A DNA stretch of 64,000 bases from Octopus sinensis (lineage: Eukaryota). Position numbers and translations under genes: made by a program. This document shows, one piece after another, positions 26,540 to 38,639 of the stretch (position 1 is its first letter; each line of letters starts with the position of its first letter). The stretch is taken from positions 102,424,001 to 102,488,000 of the forward strand of contig NC_043003.1 in NCBI RefSeq assembly GCF_006345805.1. Direction: 5' to 3'. The notes beneath the pieces are model-generated. The model saw nothing but the letters and a program-made list of their open reading frames with translations. It did no database searches and was not told the origin of the DNA.

Positions 26540-26948
26540 ATATTTTTTTTTCACTTGTTTCAGTCATTTGACTGCGGCCATGCTGGAGCACCGCCTTTAG
26601 TCGAGCAAATCGACCCCAGGACTTATTCTTTGTAAGCCCAGTACTTATTCTATCAGTCTCTTTTGCTGAACCGCTAAGTGACGGGGACGTAAACACACCA
26701 GTATCGGTTGTCAAGCAATGCTAGGGGGACAAACACAGACACACAAACACATACACACATATATATATATATACATATACATATATATGACAGGCTTCTT
26801 TCAGTTTCCGTCTACCAAATCCACTCACAAGGCATTGGTCGGCCCGGGGCTATAGCAGAAGTCTTGCCCAAGATGCCACGCAGTGGGACTGAACCCGGAA
26901 CCATGTGGTTGGTTAGCAAGCTACTTACCACACAGCCACTCCTGCGCC
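26540..26948 (-). mobile_element. tRNA-derived SINE (ggcaggagtggctgtgtggt.. family)
   Basis: Reverse complement of 57484-57900; many degenerate copies elsewhere (e.g. ~7360, 14490, 22670, 31320, 38150, 41995). Confidence 0.88.
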
Positions 26949-26949
26949 T

Positions 26950-27300
26950 TTATGCGTGTAGGCATCTCGATAGTCTTTCAGAAATTTTATCAAGTATCTT
27001 TTCATTAGTTCACAGAATAGACAGGGATTCCCCAGAGCAGAGATGGCATCTCCTGGAAATTGCACTGTATGGTTTTGCATGTCTAACTATGGACCAAGTA
27101 ATGTAGTACTTCGTATTAGCCTCCTTCAATCGCTATATAAAATCTGCCACAGATGCCAAGTATCTCTTATTGATTGACTTAAAGCTGGCAACATGATTAC
27201 AATAACAATTCTTAAATGAATCAGCCGTCTTCCCAATGTAAACACAGGGCCCTCTCCTTGTGTGCATGATACATTTATATACAAGATTTGTACTCATACA
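26950..27300 (-). pseudogene. Penelope-like GIY-YIG endonuclease domain with two in-frame stops
   Basis: Single frame: CMSTNLVYKCIMHTRRGPCVYIGKTADSFKNCYCNHVASFKSINKRYLASVADFI*RLKEANTKYYITWSIVRHAKPYSAISRRCHLCSGESLSIL*TNEKILDKISERLSRCLHA*. Confidence 0.9.
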
Positions 27301-27428
27301 AAGATTCCTCAAAGGATTTGGATCTTCTATATATATGAAGAATTTTCCTCCATCTGACTGTTTTTCTCTCTACAAAATGAAAAATTGCATTATGGAACAG
27401 TCATTTTAATGAGATTTTATATTTATTT

Positions 27429-27532
27429 ATCGCCCGACGACATATGTCTGCACCACCAGATACTCCTGAACCAGTTTTTGTGAGTCCATCAAGAGGAGTC
27501 GATGCTAGATGTGTTGAAACAATTGTTGTGAT
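27429..27532 (+). ncRNA. Degenerate type I hammerhead ribozyme motif (right arm)
   Basis: AUCGC-CCGACGA-..-GAAAC-AAUU-GUU-GUGAU. Palindromic AACAAUUGUU stem III and GUU triplet are intact; U4>C and stem II has decayed. Confidence 0.5.
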
Positions 27533-28133
27533 TAATAATATATTCTCGTATATTCCATCTTCTGTCTTCAATTTGTGATATATATATGTATCTATGTATG
27601 TATTATATATTATATAATATGGGATTGAAACAGAAACCAAACGGTTGTAAGGCAAACTTCCTAACTACATTAATTTAAATGTGTGTATGTGCGCATGGTA
27701 GATAGATGCTCACGAAGGTAGACAGTTGATTTTAATTCATTTAATTGAAACAGTTTAATACGGCGAGTGTATGACAATTCAACTGGTACTCAGGGCTATG
27801 ACAATCTGAATACTTATGTAAATTAAACAAACCATATTAGTTTTTGTCAAACAAACAACAGAATGTGATGACAAATATATGACGTATAAAAAATAAAGCA
27901 TTTTTACCATAAGTTATTTCACAAGACATCTACATGTTTTGGTGACTATGTACCTTGTTGGCTGTGTTGAATTAAAGAGAGTTCCTTGTTTAGCTACACA
28001 ATATATAGCAATTACTGACATCACAAATAGTTGGTAGATAAAAGTCAATCACAAACATAAAAGATTAAAATGGTCAGTTTATATCATCATCATCATCATC
28101 ATCTAATGTCTATTTTCCATATATAAGCATATG

Positions 28134-28163
<30 letters not shown>

Positions 28164-28170
<7 letters not shown>

Positions 28171-31100
28171 AAAGGGCTTAGTAAAATAAATTACTTTGCC
28201 GCATACTGAACTCATTAGAAATAGCAGCCAAAAAACTTTTTTAAAGCTATTTCTAATACTTAAAGAAAATCTCTCTCATATATAGTGTTTGCTTAATTCA
28301 ACTCACAAAAGTTTGGGGGTAAGGACATCGAAAAATCAAATGCTAAGGTTATTCGAGAACGTATGTTTCAAGATTAGTCAAAACAACATTTCTATCATCG
28401 GCTCAGAAATTCCTTGGTTTGGATTTGGAAACACTGAAAATAAGAACATACCCTTTCGAAGATCTGCTTCCAACTAACAGTGCCAACAAATTCAAATAAG
28501 CAAGCGAAGAGTCTCTGTTCCCCCCTTTCCACCAGCGTGGGTTAAAATCATCAAACACTATGCTTATTTCGGTAAAATCCGAAGCATTAATTAGAGGGAG
28601 ATTAATTATAATTTCAACAATTGAGGGCAAAATTAATTAATTATTAATCAATTTCACCAAGTGTTCAGTATGCAAAGGCACCATTCAAGGCGAATTCAAA
28701 TTATTACATTATATAAAAGGGCTTAGTAAAATAAATTACTTTGCCGCATCTGAACTCATTAGAAATAGCAGCCAAAAAACTTTTTTAAAAGCTATTTCTA
28801 ATACTTAAAGAAAATCTCTCTCATATATAGTGTTTGCTTATTCAACTCACAAAAGTTTGGGGGTAAGGACATCGAAAAATCAAATGCTAAGGTTATTCGA
28901 GAACGTACGTTTCAAGATTAGTCAAAACAACATTTCTATCATCGGCTCAGAATTCCTTGGTTTGGATTTGGAAACACTGAAAATAAGAACATACCCTTTC
29001 GAAGATCTGCTTCCAACTAACAGTGCCAACAAATTCAAATAAGCAAGCGAAGAGTCTCTGTTCCCCCCTTTCCACCAGCGTGGGTTAAAATCATCAAACA
29101 CTATGCTTATTTCGGTAAAATCCGAAGCATTAATTAGAGGGAGATTATTATAATTTCAACAATTGAGGGCAAAATTAATTAATTATTAATCAATTTCACC
29201 AAGTGTTCAGTATGCAAAGGCACCATTCAAGGCGAATTCAAATTATTACATTATATAAAAGGGCTTAGTAAAATAAATTACTTTGCCGCATACTGAACTC
29301 ATTAGAAATAGCAGCCAAAAAACTTTTTTAAAAGCTATTTCTAATACTTAAAGAAAATCTCTCTCATATATAGTGTTTGCTTAATTCAACTCACAAAAGT
29401 TTGGGGGTAAGGACATCGAAAAATCAAATGCTAAGGTTATTCGAGAACGTACGTTTCAAGATTAGTCAAAACAACATTTCTATCATCGGCTCAGAAATTC
29501 CTTGGTTGGATTTGGAAACACTGAAAATAAGAACATACCCTTTCGAAGATCTGCTTCCAACTAACAGTGCCAACAAATTCAAATAAGCAAGCGAAGAGTC
29601 TCTGTTCCCCCCTTTCCACCAGCGTGGGTTAAAATCATCAAACACTATGCTTATTTCGGTAAAATCCGAAGCATTAATTAGAGGGAGATAATTATAATTT
29701 CAACAATTGAGGGCAAAATTAATTAATTATTAATCAATTTCACCAAGTGTTCAGTATGCAAAGGGACCATTCAAGGCGAATTCAAATTATTACATTATAT
29801 AAAAGGGCTTAGTAAAATAAATTACTTTGCCGCATACTGAACTCATTAGAAATAGCAGCCAAAAAACTTTTTTAAAGCTATTTCTAATACTTAAAGAAAA
29901 TCTCTCTCATATATAGTGTTTGCTTAATTCAACTCACAAAAGTTTGGGGGTAAGGACATCGAAAAATCAAATGCTAAGGTTATTCGAGAACGTACGTTTC
30001 AAGATTAGTCAAAACAACATTTCTATCATCGGCTCAGAAATTCCTTGGTTTGGATTTGGAAACACTGAAAATACTAAGCCCTTTTATATAATGTAATAAT
30101 TTGAATTCGCCTTGAATGGTCCCTTTGCATACTGAACACTTGGTGAAATTGATTAATAATTAATTAATTTTGCCCTCAATTGTTGAAATTATAATTAATC
30201 TCCCTCTAATTAATGCTTCGGATTTTACCGAAATAAGCATAGTGTTTGATGATTTTAACCCACGCTGGTGGAAAGGGGGGAACAGAGACTCTTCGCTTGC
30301 TTATTTGAATTTGTTGGCACTGTTAGTTGGAAGCAGATCTTCGAAAGGGTATGTTCTTATTTTCAGTGTTTCCAAATCCAAACCAAGGAATTTCTGAGCC
30401 GATGATAGAAATGTTGTTTCGACTAATCTTGAAACGTACGTTCTCGAATAACCTTAGCATTTGATTTTTCGATGTCCTTACCCCCAAACTTTTGTGAGTT
30501 GAATTAAGCAAACACTATATATGAGAGAGATTTTCTTAAGTATTAGAAATAGCTTTAAAAAAGTTTTTTGGCTGCTATTTCTAATGAGTTCAGTATGCGG
30601 CAAAGTAATTTATTTTACTAAGCCCTTTTATATAATGTAATAATTTGAATTCGCCTTGAATGGTCCCTTTGCATACTGAACACTTGGTGAAATTGATTAA
30701 TAATTAATTAATTTTGCCCTCAATTGTTGAAATTATAATTAATCTCCCTCTAATTAATGCTTCGGATTTTACCGAAATAAGCATAGTGTTTGATGATTTT
30801 AACCCACGCTGGTGGAAAGGGGGGAACAGAGACTCTTCGCTTGCTTATTTGAATTTGTTGGCACTGTTAGTTGGAAGCAGATCTTCGAAAGGGTATGTTC
30901 TTATTTTCAGTGTTTCCAAATCCAAACCAAGGAATTTCTGAGCCGATGATAGAAATGTTGTTTTGACTAATCTTGAAACGTACGTTCTCGAATAACCTTA
31001 GCATTTGATTTTTCGATGTCCTTACCCCCAAACTTTTGTGAGTTGAATTAAGCAAACACTATATATGAGAGAGATTTTCTTTAAGTATTAGAAATAGCTT

Positions 31101-31280
31101 TAAAAAAGTTTTTTGGCTGCTATTTCTAATGAGTTCAGTATGCGGCAAAGTAATTTATTTTACTAAGCCCTTTTATATAATGTAATAATTTGAATTCGCC
31201 TTGAATGGTCCCTTTGCATACTGAACACTTGGTGAATTGATTAATAATTAATTAATTTTGCCCTCAATTGTTGAAATTAT
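28164..31280. repeat. ~544-bp tandem array: 3.5 forward units then ~2.2 inverted units
   Basis: Unit starts ttatataaaagggc at 28164, 28709, 29251 and 29795; orientation switches at 30072-30073; inverted units end at 30635 and 31180; both ends abut (TA)n. Confidence 0.95.
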
Positions 31281-32330
31281 ATATATATATATATATTACG
31301 CACACACACACACATGCAATTGGCTTCTCTACGTTTCCATCTACCAAATCCTCTCTCAAGGATTTGGTTGGCCTGAGGCTATAGAAGGTACTTGCCAATG
31401 GTGTCACACAGTGGAACTGAACCCAGAACCATGTGCTTGGGAAGAAAGTTTATTACCACACAGCAACAGCTGAGCATGTGTACTTATGTCTTTATATAAA
31501 TATATACACACTTTTATATATACATACATTTATGTATGTATATCTGTTTGTCTCTCCCTATAAATACACATATATATATATATATATATATAATATATAT
31601 ATTATTATATATATATATGTATATATAATATATATATATATATAATATATATATATATATTACCCAAACCCACACACATACATATTATTTATATATATGT
31701 AGAATGTTGAAAAGAAACACATGAGTTGATATATATATGGAAAAAAGTCAAGGTAAAAACTGCTAAAATAATTTTATAAAAAAATATCATCATCATCCTC
31801 ATCATCATCATCATCATCATCATCATCAGAATCAGAAGAAGAAGAAGAAGAAGAAATAAGGCAGGAGTGGTATGGTAATAGTAGGATGTTAAATGGTCAA
31901 GTGCACTGGAAGTGACTGTTGTGGATGGTAGTAGTGATTGAATTCTTGAGGTTTCTCTTTTGAATGTGTTGTTTATAATATTTGCTTAGGTGTTATTCTA
32001 AACAGCAGTAGTAGTAAAGTAAGGAAAGAGATGGCAGGGAGGAAGAAGACGAAGAAGAAGGAGATAGAGAAGAAGAGAAAGAATAATAAGAAAATGCAGG
32101 ATGGTAGGATAGTAGCAGGATGTTAAATGCTCAAGTGACCTAAAAGTGAGTCGTTGAGGACTATAGCAGTGATTGGGACTGTTTTTTAATGAATTCTTGG
32201 GTATCTCTTTTGAATGTATCATTTTTAATATTTGCGAGCATGTTATTCTAAGGTCATGGTGGATGTCATTTGTTGTAGATGCATTCAAAAGGGGTCTGTA
32301 TTTTATAATAAAGAGAGACTCTTTACTAAT

Positions 32331-32648
32331 TCATTGGCTACAGGCTGTATTGTCCTTGAATTGATAGAGGAGAAAAATTCTGAAGCTTGAATTTTTGTTA
32401 TTGGTGCAAATGTTGTGTTGGCTGAATGCTATTTTTCTGTTTATTGGAATTTTTATCTGGGATCTGTGCAGAGCCATCCTTTGACGTAGATTCTTTTTTG
32501 TTTGGCCAATGTATTGCTCTTGACACCCAGAGCAGGTTAGTGTGGATATCAGGTTCTCCGAAACACATGTGAAGCTGCTTTCAACTGTGAAACATTGTTC
32601 CTGGTTGAAGGAGAACTCTGATCTCTCAATTAAATTGACACATATCAC
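32331..32648 (-). pseudogene. Second Penelope-like GIY-YIG endonuclease remnant (different family)
   Basis: SSFTCVSENLISTLTCSGCQEQYIGQTKKNLRQRMALHRSQI: N(L/V)IY..C..C...YIGQT...L..R...HR pattern. Confidence 0.88.
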
Positions 32649-32814
32649 ACAGTTGGGTCTTCCACATTTTTCTACTGATGGCTTCTGTGTTGTTGTTGAG
32701 CATACTCGGGCTTGTGTTAGGAGACTTTCATAGATTTGGGCTGTCTCTTGCTTTTTATGATGGTGTGTGTTTGGATGATTAAGTTCATTCTATGGTCCTT
32801 TTTTATATATTGTG

Positions 32815-33075
32815 CCAGTGGCACATAAAAAGTACCATTCAAGCATGATTGATGCCAGGGCCACCAGATTGGTCCTCGTGCTGGTGGCATGAAAAAAGCA
32901 CCCACTACACTCCTGGTGTGGTTGGCGTTAGGAAGGGCATCCAGCTGTAGAAACTTTGCTAGATCAGACTGGAGCCTGGTACAGCCTTCTGGCTTGCCAG
33001 TCAAACCATCCAACCCATGCCCGCATGGAAAGCGGACATTAAATGACGATGACAACAACGACGGCGATGATGATA
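32815..33075 (+). mobile_element. RTE-type 3' tail fragment
   Basis: ggcgttaggaagggcatccagctgtagaaac..ggaaagcggacattaaatgacgatgac. Confidence 0.7.
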
Positions 33076-33082
33076 ACAACAT

Positions 33083-33114
<32 letters not shown>

Positions 33115-33317
33115 TCACAACTACACATGTACACACACACACCACACACACCACAATAGGAAACAGCATTTCTACTTTTGCAAGTAGATGTGAACACGTG
33201 TAGCTCAGTGGTTAGGGTATTTGGCTCACAATTGTAAGGTCATGAGTTCAATTCCCAGCAGTGTGTTGTGTCATTGAGCAAGACACTTTATTTATGAAAC
33301 TAAATACTGCTCACACA

Positions 33318-33348
<31 letters not shown>

Positions 33349-33703
33349 CATGCACACACACATTTTGTTTGGTTCAAAAGTTTGTTCCCCACCTGCATGA
33401 TTTTAGGTAAGGCAGCTTCAACAAGTGTCTTCATCAGTGTTAATTTATTTGATGGAAACTGAAAGTAGCTCATTGCATATACATATATATATATATAGTA
33501 TATATATATATATATATCATTTCGTTTTTGCAAGATTTCTAAGTAAAATCATGTGTTGAAACCGATATTGTTGTATTTTGGGACAGTCATCATGTTTTTC
33601 TTTTTGGCCAAATAAACACACGCACTATATATTTTTTCTTCCCTTGTTTATTACTGTTCTTATTTTCACTCATGTCCATTGTCCAGAAATCTTCATCACA
33701 CAT

Positions 33704-34632
33704 CTGTGACCTCTTCAGCAACACTTTTCATTTTCGTGTGTGTTCTTGCTTTACTTACTCCATTCTTTTCTTCTAAGATGTGTATCCTTATGTGCGCATG
33801 CATTTGTGTCCTTGTGTGTGTGTGTGTGTGTGTGTATGTGTGTGTGTGTGTGCATGTGTGCATGTGTGTGTGTGTGTGTGTGTGTGTGTATGCTTGTGTG
33901 TGTGTCATAGTTTTTAGTCCCATTCTCCCACCCTATTGTGCTGCTGCTATCGTAAGACTAGTAAAAAAAAGAATGGTACTGTTCCTGTATTCCTCTGTGT
34001 GTATGTGTTCACTCACGGTGTGGCCATCGTGATAGCTGTAGTTGTTGTTGTTATTGTCATCGTTGGCACTGCTGCTGCTGCTCACATTGTTAGTTGTATT
34101 GTTGACATTGTTATGGCCATCCATGAAATTTCATAAATATATGAATAGATAAATAAATATATAAATATATCTGTCACATACCTGTGATAAATATAAGGTA
34201 TAGCGATAGATAAAATGAATAAATAGAACTGTATAAAAGTCATGAGTACATGCAACAGATGAAGCGAATCCATACACACACCCAGATGAAATTTCATGGA
34301 CGGCCATAGCAATGTCCACAACACAACTAACAACGTGAGCAGCAGAGGCAGTGCCAACAATGACAATAACAACAACAAACAACAACAATTACCACAATGG
34401 TAACACACACACACAGAGGAATGCAGGAACTGTACCAGTTTTTTGTGTGTGGGGGGGGGTCTTAGGGCAGCAGTAGCACAATGGGGTGAGAAGATGGGGA
34501 TGAAGGGTAGGCCACACTGCTGCTAAAAACTTTGATGCACACGCAAACATGCACACACACACACAAACAAGGAATGAATTAAGTGGAGTAAGAACACACA
34601 TGAAAACAAAAAGTGTCACTGAATATGTCACA
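33704..34632. repeat. Long imperfect inverted repeat (~350-430-bp arms, ~150-bp spacer)
   Basis: gttatggccatccatgaaatttca (to ~34134) versus tgaaatttcatggacggccatagc (from ~34286); the arms extend out to tgtgac..ttactcc / ggagtaa..gtcaca. Confidence 0.85.
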
Positions 34633-34738
34633 TACATACATACGTACATACATACATATATATGTATGTATGTATGTATGTATATATATATATGTATATA
34701 CACATACATACATACATATATATTATATATATTTATAT

Positions 34739-35637
34739 ACTAGCATCTAAGCCCAGTTTCACCTGGTCTGTTTGGATGATGTGGCTGTGATCGTTTTCGG
34801 TTAGGCATAATCTACAACAGCGTTTCTCAACCTTATCATTTTGGGTCCCCTGTTTCGATTGGGGCCTCCAGATGTATGAAAATTTCCTGACTCCCCCCAC
34901 CCCTGTCAGAATACAGCTTCAGGGGTTGTGAAGAAAGAATTTGTATGCAGTCTGTTTCTGAGAGCTATTCTATCGGACCTCTGTCTAATCATTAAAACAT
35001 TGATTTAATTATGAACATAGAAAGAAATTATACATTAATCCCTATTTTTGTAAGCAGTTGTATCTGTAAAAATTTTATTTGCAGAGAGCAGAAACTGAAA
35101 AAAGATATATGAAATGGACGTGTGTGTGTGTGTGTGATTGCGTGTGTGCACACATGCATGCGTGCTTGCATGTGTGTGTGTGAGAGAGAAAGAGGGTGAA
35201 TAAAATTTTTATGATTGTTGATTTATGGAAAAAAATTATGTTAAATTTTTGAAATGCAAATATGTGTATGAAAATTAAGTTCAGACCTCTACATGGTAGC
35301 TAGACCTGGTAGAAAGAAGAGAGAAAGCATAGCGAAAGTTTTGGCTGACTGTCATCCTGTACTCCTTTTGTTGCTAGCGAAATGGTATATGCAAGCTGTG
35401 TGAGCAACTGGTTGTTTTAATGGTAGAATAAACAGAGGAATTCCATTAGAAAAAAGTTTTAATCAATTTTCTTGCTAACTATGGGGGCTAAGAAAAAAAT
35501 ACAAACCGCATTCTAATCTATGCACCTGTCTCCACATGTGTGCCATATTTTATGCAAATCCACCCAACCGTTTGGCTGTAAACCTCAAGACAAGAAAGAA
35601 TACAATGATCGCCCATGTCCAAATATATACTATAGAT
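34739..35637 (-). mobile_element. Helentron/DINE-like element
   Basis: Minus-strand 3' end ccaggtgaaactgggcttagatgctagt; DINE-like core (ggttgggtggatttgcat..ggcacacatg) and an atctatagtatat end near 35637. Continuity between the two ends is inferred. Confidence 0.5.
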
Positions 35638-36316
35638 GTATATAACTCAGAGTGAGAGAGAGAGTGAATGAGTGAAATTCCTGTGGTAAACTGTAACATT
35701 AATGTTACTAATAACAACATGGTCACAGAAAATTTTGTATTTGGGATATGCTTCTGACACATCTGCATGTTAATACAGTGTTAAAATGATTGGACATTTG
35801 ACAGATGTGTTGTCCATGTCAGAGTTGATAATTCTATTTTGTTTGTATGCTAAAGCATTTGGAAATAATGTGCATGAATGATTCACCACAAATATATTGG
35901 GAGAAAGAAAAAAAAGAAAAATGAAAGGAATCTGCAGATGAGGAAGAAGACAAGGGAGAAAATTGGGAGAAAATGCTGAAAGTTGATCTCTGAAGAAGTC
36001 GAACCAGATGAAAGAATTGGCAAAAGGCATTCCATGATTGAAAAAATACTGTGTTGGGAAAACACATTTAATGCATACAACATGGCAACATGGAGATAGC
36101 ATCATTATGATGGGGATGTTAAATATATTTGTACACATATATGTACATGCATGGATATCTTAACTGGCACTGTTATGGAACACTGACATGCAGAACTCTG
36201 AGTTTCTGAATGTAAAGTTCAATGCCTACTTCATTTAATAGATTTAGCCTGCTGTTCTCAACAACAATAAGGTCTAATTCTTTTGTAATTACATGTGTGG
36301 TTTGATGATACTTACA

Positions 36317-36610
36317 TCATCATCATCGTTTAACATCCGCTTTCCATGCTAGCATGGGTTGGACGATTTTGGATGAGGGCTGGCAAACCAGATGGCTGCA
36401 CCAGGCTCCAATCTTGATCTGGCAGAGTTTCTACAGCTGGATGCCCTTCCTAATGCCAACCACTTCGAGAGTGTAGTGGGGCCAGTCAGGCGGTACTGGC
36501 AACGACCTCGCTCAAATCTTTTTACACATGTCACCAGCACAGGTAAGGCGATGTTGGTAACGGTCTCACTCAAATGGTGCCCTTTTACGTGCCACCGGCA
36601 TGGAAGCCAG
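36317..36610 (-). mobile_element. RTE-type 3' tail fragment
   Basis: (CAT)n-cgtttaacatccgctttccatgctagcatgggttggacg..ctggatgcccttcctaatgccaacc. Confidence 0.7.
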
Positions 36611-37263
36611 TCTGTCATCTTCCATCCTCCTGTTATATCATTCTTGTATTGATCTTATGTGAAAAGTTCTTCATGTGTATCTAGCCCTGGATATACCCCA
36701 CTATAGGATACCATGGGGTAGCCAAATGATGACATACGAGCTTTTATGTGCACATTATGAGGTTTTCACTAAATACACACACACACACACACATTTCACT
36801 TAGGCACTGCGAGACCAACAACCTGGTGTAGAACTCAATATATGTGTTCTTCAGAATGAAGTGTTAGATGAGTATAGAGCAGTAATATGAAAATGAGATG
36901 ACAAAAGGGAAAAATGGATATATTATGACCTTCATTAACTATATATATGTTATTTATTCATTTGTTAGTTATTTATAATTCACCTAATACTGATTCACCT
37001 ATCTCAAAACATGCCTTTCGCATATTCTGAAGTTTATTATGGACTGTGCATTTAAGAGCAAACTGTATACTCAGCTGAATCTAATTTTCTACAAGCGCTA
37101 CAGGAATTTCAGTCTGCCAGTACTTATATACCCGGGGTGATATTTGCAAATTATTAAAGTCTGTGTATATTATTCCGACATAACTAGGTGTACTGTCTTT
37201 TCCTGATTGGTCTGCTTCTTGGCATCCTTCTGGCCTGGAGTCTATATATATATATATATATAT

Positions 37264-37590
37264 ATCATCATCATCATCATCGTCATTGAACGTCCGTTTT
37301 CCTGGACGGTTCGACCAGGGTCTGGTAAGCCATGAAGGCTGCACCAGGCTCCAGTCTAGTTTGGCAGTGTTTCTACAGCTGGATGCCCTTCCTAACGCCA
37401 ACCACTCAGTGAATATAGTGGGCGTTTTTTATGTGCCACTGGCTCAGGGCCAGAGGAGGCTGGAAAATGGCCACGATCGGTTGGTGCTTTTACGTGTCAC
37501 CGACACGGATGCCAGTCAGGCGGCGCTGGCATCTGCCACATTCGGATGGTGCTTTTTACGTGTCACCAACACAGGTGTCTTAACTACAAT
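37264..37590 (-). mobile_element. RTE-type 3' tail fragment with internal ~65-bp repeats
   Basis: Same family as 6177; repeated ggtgcttttacgtg blocks. Confidence 0.7.
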
Positions 37591-37603
37591 TTCCATTTGA
37601 TTT

Positions 37604-37635
<32 letters not shown>

Positions 37636-37642
37636 ATATCTA

Positions 37643-37680
<38 letters not shown>

Positions 37681-38584
37681 CACACACACACACACACATA
37701 AATGCTTGGTTTTATGCCAGGTTATATATTAAAAACGATTTAACATTAAACCTTTTACTCAGAGAAAAACAAAAAAGATAAAACTCCATCCCAACTGTTA
37801 TTGTATGTAGCTTTTAAATTCTTCAAAAGTCTATTATTATGAATTGACCACACTAACTGTAGCTTATTAATAATATGTTTCACCAGTCAAAATGGCTAAT
37901 TTAATTTGGATTTACCGATAAGGAGTTGATAGCCTATTATCATTGAAATTTTCTTTTTCTGCTAACCTATTAATAATACGTCATTGATTAATACTGATTT
38001 ATTTTATTCAAGCATTTTATTTTCTAAATCAAACAAAATATCCAGTTTAGAAAAGAGAGGGAAAAAGAAACAACGAAACACCGAATAATTGGTTACACTA
38101 GTTTGATATAACACAGGGAATAATTATGAAAACTACATAAAAAAGGAAATAAGTGCAGATGTGGCAGTGTGGTAAGAAGCTTGCTTCCCAATGCCATGGT
38201 CCCAACGACATGGCACCTTGGGTAAGGGTCTTCTACTACAGCTTCAGGTTGATAAAATCCTTCTTAGCAGATTTGGTAGATAGAAACTGAAAGAAGTCCA
38301 TCATGTGTGTGTGTGTATGTGTGTGTGTGCATATATACATATATATAAAATATGAAATGGAGATGAAACCACTATTATGCAACTCAAACAGTGATAGCCA
38401 AAAACCAATACATAAGTAACAAATAATATATATAATTCATATTTTATATTTTATATTTGATTTGATACTAAATTGAATTTTTCCCTGTAAGTTTGGAGTT
38501 ATACTCCCTAATATTATTATATATATATATATAGATATATAAGTGTGTATGTGTACATGTGTGTATGTGCATGTGTGTGTGTGT

Positions 38585-38639
<55 letters not shown>

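Larger units (their letters stand above)
25930..27580 (-). mobile_element. Penelope-like retroelement 3' portion with inverted terminal duplication
   Basis: GIY-YIG endonuclease remnant at 26950-27300; ~260-bp imperfect inverted repeats at 25930-26190 and 27317-27580; a SINE is inserted at 26540-26948. Confidence 0.85.

Noticed and set aside
28164-31280. Array as CRISPR, or the repeated 62-75-aa ORFs as genes
   Set aside because: There are no unique spacers, the DNA is eukaryotic, and the ORFs are short, use non-ATG starts and are broken by indels between units.
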